Assembly (NCBI GenBank): GCA_947449895.1
Contig: CANFSO010000001.1
Location: 1-57,722 of the forward strand
DNA from: Comamonadaceae bacterium
Lineage (GTDB): Bacteria > Pseudomonadota > Gammaproteobacteria > Burkholderiales > Burkholderiaceae_C
Direction: 5' to 3'
Length of the DNA: 57,722 nt
Position 1 is the first letter of the stretch. Each line of letters starts with the position of its first letter. A model generated the notes under the pieces. That model made no database searches. It was not told the origin of the DNA and saw only the letters and a program-made list of their open reading frames with translations. Positions 49,114 through 57,722 of this stretch are shown one piece after another. The position numbers and the translations under genes were made by a program.

Positions 49114-50100
49114 ATGTCCATTTCAAAGACTATCTATCAGTGCTTTTCTAGGTCTGCCTCGTGTCTTGCTGCCAGCGCAGTGCTGATGACGAGTTCAACG
49201 GTTTTTGCCCAAGCCAGCTTTGTGCAAATGGTGATTGCGTTTCCGGCAGGCGGGCCTTCTGACCAGTTGGCGAGAATTTTGAGTGAGCAACTGGGCAAGG
49301 AGTTGAATCAAAAAGTGCTTGTGCAAAATCGCCCGGGCGGCAATGGCGCTCTAGCCGCTCAGTTCGTCATGAGTGCACCACCGGATGGCAAAACAATCTG
49401 GCTGACCACGGCCGGTGCAGTGTCGATCAACCCGGTTTTGTACCCTGAACTGGCCTACGACATGAAGAACTTTGCACCGGTTTCGTTGGTTGTGAACAAC
49501 CGAGAAATTCTGGTGGTCAATCCCAAGAATGTCGCTGCGGATGGCGTTCAGTTTGTTCAAAATGCGATGAATCCCAAATCGATGACCAGTATTGCATCTT
49601 CAGGCATTGGCAGCATGCCCCACATGGCGATGGCTTTGCTGGCGGAGTCGACCAAGGTGCCCTTCACGCACATTCCACACAAGGGCGCTGCGCCCGCCAT
49701 CACTGATTTGATGGGGGGCCATGTGGACGGATTTTTTGGCGACGTACCGGGTGTGTTGCCTTTTATTCAGTCCGGAAAATTGAAAGCGATTGGCATCGCC
49801 GCGCCGCACCGGCATCCGCTTTTTCCAGAAGTGAAAACCTTTGACGAAATGGGCATCAAAGGAATGGACTTGAACAACTGGAGCGCTGTTTATGTGTCCA
49901 AGCAAGTGCCTGCGGCAGTTGTCAACGACCTCAGCCGCGCCATCCGCCGGGCGCTTGACAACCCTGCCGTCAAGGCCAGACTCAGCGCAACCGGCACAGA
50001 TCCACAAGCCTCCAGCCCTGAGGAACTGGCCGCTTTGGTGCAGAGCGACCTGGCGAAGTGGGCAAGAATTATCAAAGCCTTTGACATCAAGCCCGAATAA
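49114..50100 (+). CDS. Bug/TctC substrate-binding protein
   Basis: FPAGGPSD.LAR, NRPGGNG, PDG and HIPHKG. Confidence 0.9.
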   Translation: MSISKTIYQCFSRSASCLAASAVLMTSSTVFAQASFVQMVIAFPAGGPSDQLARILSEQLGKELNQKVLVQNRPGGNGALAAQFVMSAPPDGKTIWLTTAGAVSINPVLYPELAYDMKNFAPVSLVVNNREILVVNPKNVAADGVQFVQNAMNPKSMTSIASSGIGSMPHMAMALLAESTKVPFTHIPHKGAAPAITDLMGGHVDGFFGDVPGVLPFIQSGKLKAIGIAAPHRHPLFPEVKTFDEMGIKGMDLNNWSAVYVSKQVPAAVVNDLSRAIRRALDNPAVKARLSATGTDPQASSPEELAALVQSDLAKWARIIKAFDIKPE

Positions 50101-51197
50101 TGACTATTCGCTCTGTGCAGGCGATCCCCATCAGCTTGCCTTTTGAAATGGGTGGGCCCAAGCCCTTGTTTGCGGGGATTCCCCGGCAAATGGACATGTT
50201 GTTGGTGCGCGTTGAAACCGAGGCGGGACAAGTCGGCTGGGGCGAGGCATTTGGTTTGGCGGTTTGGCCGGCAACGCGTGCGGCCATTCAGCAGCTGATC
50301 GCCCCCTTGGCCATTGGCAAAGACGAAGCCGAGATCGCTGGCATTTCAGAGAGCATTCAGCGCAAGTTGCATTTGTTGGGGCGCACCGGTCCGGTGATGT
50401 TTGCGCTGTCTGGTTTGGACATTGCACTGTGGGACTTGGCCGGTAAGGCTGCAGGAAAATCTTTGTCGGAGATGCTCGGCGGCGCGCGGCACACGAGCCT
50501 TCCTGTGTATGCCAGCCTGATGCGCTATGGCGACTCTGCGCTGGTTTCCCGCAATGCGGCGGCAGCCTGTGCACGGGGTTTTCGGGCCATCAAGTTGCAC
50601 GAGGTCCTCACGCAACACGTGGTCGCTGCCCGTGCGGCCATAGGACCGGACGTTGCGTTGATGCTGGACACCAACTGTCCCTGGACGGTTCAGCAATCTT
50701 TGAGCATGGCCGATGAGCTTCGGCCCAGCGAGTTGTTGTGGCTGGAGGAACCGCTGTGGCCGCCGGAAGATTTTGCCGGCTTGGCCTGCATCAGGCGTGA
50801 GTCCGGCATTCCCATTGCGGCTGGCGAAAACACCATGACGGCGCATCATTTTGGCCAAATGTTCGACGTCGGTGCGGTGGACTACGCGCAACCCAGTGTC
50901 ACCAAAATCGGTGGCGTCACCGAGTTCATGAAAGTGGTTGCCATGGCTGGGAAGCATGGCATTCCCGTCATGCCGCACTCGCCGTACTTTGGCCCGGGCT
51001 TGTTGGCGACGTTGCACATGACCGCCACTTTTTCACCGGAGACCATGATCGAATATTCCTACGCTGACTTGGGCGCGAGTCCATTGGGGGCGGCCATTGA
51101 GGTGCACAACGGGCGCATCAACGTCCCGACTGGACCCGGACTGGGCTGCGAACCTGATCCCGGTGTCGTTGACAAATACCGATTGGACATCGCCTGA
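50100..51197 (+). CDS. Mandelate racemase/muconate lactonizing enzyme family protein (paralogue 2)
   Basis: Same motif set as 48012-49103 (KLHE, DTN, EEP, GEN, QPSVTKIGG, PHSPY); translationally coupled. Confidence 0.9.
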   Translation: MTIRSVQAIPISLPFEMGGPKPLFAGIPRQMDMLLVRVETEAGQVGWGEAFGLAVWPATRAAIQQLIAPLAIGKDEAEIAGISESIQRKLHLLGRTGPVMFALSGLDIALWDLAGKAAGKSLSEMLGGARHTSLPVYASLMRYGDSALVSRNAAAACARGFRAIKLHEVLTQHVVAARAAIGPDVALMLDTNCPWTVQQSLSMADELRPSELLWLEEPLWPPEDFAGLACIRRESGIPIAAGENTMTAHHFGQMFDVGAVDYAQPSVTKIGGVTEFMKVVAMAGKHGIPVMPHSPYFGPGLLATLHMTATFSPETMIEYSYADLGASPLGAAIEVHNGRINVPTGPGLGCEPDPGVVDKYRLDIA

Positions 51198-52369
51198 TGA
51201 CTGCACATGATTTCTCGCCGCTGACGATGGATCATCAGCCCGTCGTCATTCGCCATATCGAGTCCTTCGTCTACCGTGCGCCTGTCGCCAAACCGGTGGT
51301 ATCAACGCTGGCCAAAATCACGGAGCGGGTGTCGCTGCTCGTGCGCATAGAAGATCAGGACGGGGCCTTTGGTTGGGGCGAAATTTACAGCACCTTGCCG
51401 TCTTATGGTGCCGAGCACCGTGCCATGGTGTTGCATCGAAGCATCGGGCCTTTGCTGCTGGGTCAACAGGTAACGAACCCAGCCAAGTTCTGGGCCACGG
51501 CCACGCAGAAAACGCATGCGATGACGATCCAGACGGGTGAGCCCGGCCCGATGGCGGCCGTGTTGGGTGGGCTGGATTGCGCTTTGTGGGATTTGTTTGC
51601 GCGCAAAGCGGCGCAGCCCCTGTGTTCGTTTTTGGGCGCTGCGCCTCGCCCTGTGCCGGCCTATGCCAGTGGCCTCAATCCCGCTGATGGACCTGAGGTG
51701 GTGGCAGTTTCGCGTGCCAACGGTTTCCGTGCCTTTAAGCAAAAAATTGGGTTCGGGGAGGCCTCTGATTTGTCAAATCTTCAGCGCATCCGGGATGGCA
51801 TGGTTGACCACGAGCACCTGATGGTCGATGTGAACCAAGGATGGACCTTGGCACAAGCTCTCCACATGGCGCCTTTGCTAGCGCCTTTTCAACTGGATTG
51901 GGTCGAAGAGCCTCTGATGGCGGATCGATCTGCCGACGAGTGGCTTCAATGTGCAGCGGCTTTTTCTTCCCCATTAGCCGGTGGAGAAAACTTGCGCGGA
52001 GACGCCTTTGCCGAGCAATCGCAGTGGCTCGATGTGATTCAACCGGATGTCGGTAAATGGGGCGGTATCACTGGGGGCTGGTCGGTGGGGCGCAATGCCT
52101 TGGCTGCCGGAAAACGCTATTGCCCGCATTGGTTGGGCGGTGGTATTGGCATGATGTTCTCGGCGCATTTATTAGCTGCTGTAGGCGGTCCAGGGAGCTT
52201 AGAAGTGGATGTCAATGAGAACCCGTTGCGTGACGTGTTGAGCCAGCCTTACCCGGCGCTGCTGAACGGTGCAATGGTCTTGTCAGACAAAGCGGGCATC
52301 GGTGTTGTACCGAATTTGGACATGGCCTCGAGGTGGTTGGTGAACCATCAGGAAACCTTCAGCTCTTGA
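51197..52369 (+). CDS. Mandelate racemase-subgroup enzyme
   Basis: GWGE, KQK, DVNQ, EEP, GEN, QPD and CPH. Canonical KxK and His-Asp dyad. Confidence 0.88.
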   Translation: MTAHDFSPLTMDHQPVVIRHIESFVYRAPVAKPVVSTLAKITERVSLLVRIEDQDGAFGWGEIYSTLPSYGAEHRAMVLHRSIGPLLLGQQVTNPAKFWATATQKTHAMTIQTGEPGPMAAVLGGLDCALWDLFARKAAQPLCSFLGAAPRPVPAYASGLNPADGPEVVAVSRANGFRAFKQKIGFGEASDLSNLQRIRDGMVDHEHLMVDVNQGWTLAQALHMAPLLAPFQLDWVEEPLMADRSADEWLQCAAAFSSPLAGGENLRGDAFAEQSQWLDVIQPDVGKWGGITGGWSVGRNALAAGKRYCPHWLGGGIGMMFSAHLLAAVGGPGSLEVDVNENPLRDVLSQPYPALLNGAMVLSDKAGIGVVPNLDMASRWLVNHQETFSS

Positions 52370-52451
52370 TCTGTCGGGATCCAGGGTGTGAGCGATTCAC
52401 TTTTTTAATTTTTCTTTCACCATTCAAATAACAATTTTCAGGAGACATCGT

Positions 52452-53420
52452 ATGCAGGCTTTTTCAAGGTTGATCTTTGCTGTATTGACGGTGTTGGTCA
52501 TGCTGCCAGCCGCCAATGCCCAGGACTTCCCGAGCAAACCCGTCCGCCTCTTGGTTGGATTTCCTCCCGGAGGCTTGGCCGACATCATGGCCCGCGTGAT
52601 CTCTGAAAAATTGGGCGTGCTTTGGAACCAACGGGTCATCGTCGAAAACCGACCCGGTGCGTCAGGCACGATCGCGGCTGACGTTGTGGCCAAGGCCGCT
52701 CCAGACGGTCACACCCTGTTGGTTATTTTGACCAACCATGTGGTGGTGGCGGCGGTTCAGCCGAAGCTGCCGTTCGATCCATTGACCGACTTCACGACGG
52801 TGTCGCTGCTCGGCAGTTCGCCCTTGCTGCTGATGGCCAACCCCAAATTGCCTGTCAGCAATTTGTCGGAGCTGATCGCGTTGGCGAAATCAAAGCCCGG
52901 CGGCGTCAGCTATTCAACACCCGGTGACGGCTCCGTGCACCATTTGTCGCAAGAACTGTTGAATTCATCCGCCGGCATCAAAATGTTGCACGTCCCTTAT
53001 TCAGGCGGTGCGCAGGCCATGTTGGATGCTATGGCCGGTGTGGTCGACCTCAATATCGGCAGCCCTGCACAGGCTTTGCCTCAAGTTGAGGCAGGAAAAC
53101 TCAAAGCCTTGACTTTTTCTGGCCAACAGCGTTCCGCCTTGTTGCCGAACGTCCCGACGGTGGCTGAGTCGGGTGTACCTGGTTTTGAAGCTGCTTTATG
53201 GGCCGGTGTGCTGGCCCCAGGCAAGATGCCTAAGGCTTTGGTGTCTCGAATTCAAGCGGATTTGAAGCAGGTTATGAACTTGCCCGACGTGCGGGAGCGC
53301 ATGCTCAAACTCGGTGTTGACGTTGTCGCGAGTCAACCAGACGAGTTCGACCGGTTTATGCGTTCCGAGTTGGTCAAATGGGGTGGTGTGGCAAAGCGAG
53401 CTGGTGTGAAAGCCAACTGA
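52452..53420 (+). CDS. Bug/TctC substrate-binding protein
   Basis: Signal peptide, FP.KP...VGFPPGG.AD..AR, ENRPGASG and HVPY.GG. Confidence 0.92.
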   Translation: MQAFSRLIFAVLTVLVMLPAANAQDFPSKPVRLLVGFPPGGLADIMARVISEKLGVLWNQRVIVENRPGASGTIAADVVAKAAPDGHTLLVILTNHVVVAAVQPKLPFDPLTDFTTVSLLGSSPLLLMANPKLPVSNLSELIALAKSKPGGVSYSTPGDGSVHHLSQELLNSSAGIKMLHVPYSGGAQAMLDAMAGVVDLNIGSPAQALPQVEAGKLKALTFSGQQRSALLPNVPTVAESGVPGFEAALWAGVLAPGKMPKALVSRIQADLKQVMNLPDVRERMLKLGVDVVASQPDEFDRFMRSELVKWGGVAKRAGVKAN

Positions 53421-53579
53421 TCGGGCTTCACTAGGATTAAACGCGACTGTTTGAAACGGTTCAGCAAAGAGTTCCTCATCAGCCGCCAAACTTTGACGAA
53501 AGTTTGAGATGCGTCAACTTCTGAGGGGTGCGAGTCACTAATATTTGAAGTGGCTTCGCACTTTTTTCAGGAGATTGGC

Positions 53580-54041
53580 ATGAAATACGTTCATAAATTT
53601 TTACTTTTATCTGCCTTGGCTGCATCGCTGTCAGGTTGCGCGACCCAGCAAGGTCAGCAGGAGCAGGGCGGCATGATCATTGGCGGCCTGTTGGGTGGCG
53701 TGCTCGGCTCACAGCTGGGGCAAGGCAACGGCCGCACGGCAGCTACCATTGTCGGCACCATGATTGGTGCGACGGTGGGCGGCAACGTGGGCCGGTCTAT
53801 GGATGAAACGGACAAGCTGAAAACGGCACACGCACTGGAAAACGTGCGCACCTCTGTGCCGACAAGCTGGGTCAATCCTGACTCGCGCAATCAATACACC
53901 GTGACACCCACCCGCACCTATGACGCGAGTGCCGGCCCGTGCCGCGAGTACATGGTTCACTCCGTGGTGGCCGGCAAAAACGAGACCGTTTATGGCACGG
54001 CGTGCCGGCAAGCGGATGGCAGCTGGAAGGCCACAAACTGA
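53580..54041 (+). CDS. Glycine-zipper outer-membrane lipoprotein (17-kDa surface antigen-like)
   Basis: Lipobox LSGC, glycine zipper, W.NPD, CREY and GTACRQ.DG.W. Confidence 0.88.
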   Translation: MKYVHKFLLLSALAASLSGCATQQGQQEQGGMIIGGLLGGVLGSQLGQGNGRTAATIVGTMIGATVGGNVGRSMDETDKLKTAHALENVRTSVPTSWVNPDSRNQYTVTPTRTYDASAGPCREYMVHSVVAGKNETVYGTACRQADGSWKATN

Positions 54042-54042
54042 T

Positions 54043-54141
54043 CCGTCATGGCGAGCGTAGCGTGGCCATCCATCTTCGAGATACACGGTGATGAACTGCC
54101 GCGTTTCGCTCGCAGTGTCAGCGCTTCTCTCGCAGCGACGG
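54043..54141. repeat. Degenerate palindromic extragenic repeat (GTCATTGCGAG...CTCGCAATGAC type)
   Basis: Arms 54043-54073 and 54091-54120 are imperfect inverted repeats (about 21/31 Watson-Crick, plus G-U pairs); extra partial arm at 54129-54141. Confidence 0.6.
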
Positions 54142-54172
54142 AATTTTGAGCCTGACCTAGGAATCGTCGGGC

Positions 54173-55651
54173 TTATTTCTGAATATCGCCCAAGCAGAGG
54201 TACTTCATTTCCAAGTACTCGTCCATGCCGTGGCTGGAGCCTTCACGGCCAAGGCCGGATTGCTTGACGCCACCGAAGGGCACGTGCTCAGTGGCGATCA
54301 CACCGACGTTGATGCCGACCATGCCGTATTCGAGGGCTTCTGCCACGCGGTAGATGCGGCCGATGTCGCGGCTGTAGAAGTAGCTGGCCAGACCGAACTC
54401 GGTGTTGTTGGCGGCATCGACGGCTTCTTGTTCGTTCTTGAAACGGAACACAGGCGCAAACGGACCGAAGGTTTCTTCGCGCGCGCAGAGCATGTCGCTG
54501 GTGGCTTCTGAGATCACGGTGGGCTCGAAGAACTGCCCCGTCAGCGCCTTGCCGCCTGCCATCAGTTTGCCGCCTTTGGCCAAGGCATCTGCCACATGAC
54601 GCTTGACTTTTTCAATGGCTGCGTCTTCGATCAGCGGGCCTTGCACCACACCGTCGTCAAAGCCGTTGCCGACCTTGAGTGCCTTGACTTTGGCCGCGAA
54701 TTTTTCAACGAAGGCGTCATACACCCCCTCTTGCACATAGATGCGGTTGGCGCAAACGCAGGTCTGGCCGGCGTTGCGGTATTTGCTCGCCATCGCGCCT
54801 TCCACAGCGGAGTCCACATCGGCGTCGTCAAAGACGATGAAGGGTGCGTTGCCGCCGAGTTCCAGCGCGAGTTTTTTGATGGTCGGTGCGCTTTGCGCCA
54901 TCAAGATGCGGCCGACTTCTGTGGAGCCGGTGAAGCTGATGTGGCGCACAACGTCGCTGGCGCAAAACACCTTGCCGACTGCAATCGAGTTGTCGCCGTC
55001 AGCCGTCAGCACATTCAGCACGCCTGCTGGAATACCGGCGCGCAGGGCCAACTCGGCTGCGGCCAGTGCGCTCAACGGCGTCAGCTCGGCAGGCTTGATG
55101 ACCACCGTGCAACCGGCGGCCAGCGCCGGCGCGACTTTGCGGGTGATCATGGCCAGCGGAAAGTTCCACGGCGTGATGGCCGCGCAAACGCCGATGGGTT
55201 GCTTCAACACCATCAGGCGGCGGTTATTGTCAAACTGCGGCAGTGTTTCACCGTTCACGCGCTTGGCCTCTTCGGCGTACCACTCGACAAAGCTGGCGCC
55301 GTAAGTGACTTCGCCCTTGGCTTCGGCAAAGGGCTTGCCTTGCTCGGCCGTCATGATGCGGCCCAAGTCTTCCACATTGGCCATCAGCAATTGATACCAC
55401 TTGAGCAAAATCGCGTGGCGTTCTTTGCCTGTCTTGTTGCGCCAAGCGGGCAGGGCGGCGTTTGCCGCGTCAATGGCGGTGGTGGCGTCTTTGGCCCCTA
55501 GGTTGGCGACGTCGGCGAGCTTCAGGCCGGTGGCCGGGTCATTCACATCAAAGCGGTTGCTGCCCTTGATCCACTGGCCATTGATAAATGCATCGGTCTT
55601 TAAAAGAGATGGGTCGTTGAGCAGGGAAAGCGGGGAAGTTTTCATGTCCAT
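54173..55651 (-). CDS. gabD: NAD(P)-dependent succinate-semialdehyde dehydrogenase
   Basis: ITPWNFP, FTGSTEVG, LELGGNAP, RNAGQTCVCANR, EETFGP and PFGG.KQSG.GREG. Confidence 0.93.
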   Translation of the reverse strand: MDMKTSPLSLLNDPSLLKTDAFINGQWIKGSNRFDVNDPATGLKLADVANLGAKDATTAIDAANAALPAWRNKTGKERHAILLKWYQLLMANVEDLGRIMTAEQGKPFAEAKGEVTYGASFVEWYAEEAKRVNGETLPQFDNNRRLMVLKQPIGVCAAITPWNFPLAMITRKVAPALAAGCTVVIKPAELTPLSALAAAELALRAGIPAGVLNVLTADGDNSIAVGKVFCASDVVRHISFTGSTEVGRILMAQSAPTIKKLALELGGNAPFIVFDDADVDSAVEGAMASKYRNAGQTCVCANRIYVQEGVYDAFVEKFAAKVKALKVGNGFDDGVVQGPLIEDAAIEKVKRHVADALAKGGKLMAGGKALTGQFFEPTVISEATSDMLCAREETFGPFAPVFRFKNEQEAVDAANNTEFGLASYFYSRDIGRIYRVAEALEYGMVGINVGVIATEHVPFGGVKQSGLGREGSSHGMDEYLEMKYLCLGDIQK

Positions 55652-55735
55652 GGTGTTGATTCTCTGTTGTGATGGTGCGTCCTAATACAGGGACTGGTTT
55701 TTAACTTTACAGGAAACCGTCAAGCTGAGTGTTGA

Positions 55736-57722
<1,987 letters not shown>

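Noticed and set aside
38910-53420. Treating this block as a tRNA-integrated genomic island
   Set aside because: It lies on the 5' side of the tRNA, whereas integrases normally target the 3' end. I saw no integrase, duplicated tRNA fragment or flanking repeat, so it is reported only as an accessory catabolic region.

Overview
A 57.7-kb chromosomal window from a GC-rich betaproteobacterium; gene content and order suggest Comamonadaceae (inference). The core backbone is alpha-E/transglutaminase, mltB, an HDAC-family deacetylase, MscS, etfBA with an acyl-CoA dehydrogenase, class III ADH, grpE-dnaK-dnaJ, ETF-QO, a 3-oxoacid CoA-transferase, tRNA-Gly(CCC), gabD and a partial alaS. Several accessory catabolic blocks interrupt it. 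(1) A 4.8-kb LysR-dgoA-dgoD-dgoK-Bug galactonate cassette is bounded by an exact 17-bp direct repeat copied from the 3' end of the transglutaminase gene, with no integrase nearby. (2) An orphan FCSD/SoxF-type flavoprotein. (3) A xanthine-dehydrogenase-family trio with a non-CODH active-site loop. (4) A split uronate/aldarate regulon (FadR-family regulator, garL-glxR, udh-lactonase-TRAP) whose two promoters share a 23-bp operator. (5) An att-like scar at the 3' end of tRNA-Gly. (6) A 14.5-kb uncharacterised organic-acid catabolic region: an 8-gene operon (NTF2/SnoaL, maleylacetate-reductase-like, TauD, FAH, Bug, alpha-hydroxy-acid oxidase, quinone reductase, anion permease), a divergent LysR, and three enolase-superfamily enzymes with two Bug receptors, two of them paralogues with non-canonical catalytic motifs. 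Block 6 is the best candidate for an undescribed system. I saw no CRISPR array, rRNA, transposase, integrase or phage gene. All calls come from reading motifs by eye; no searches were run.
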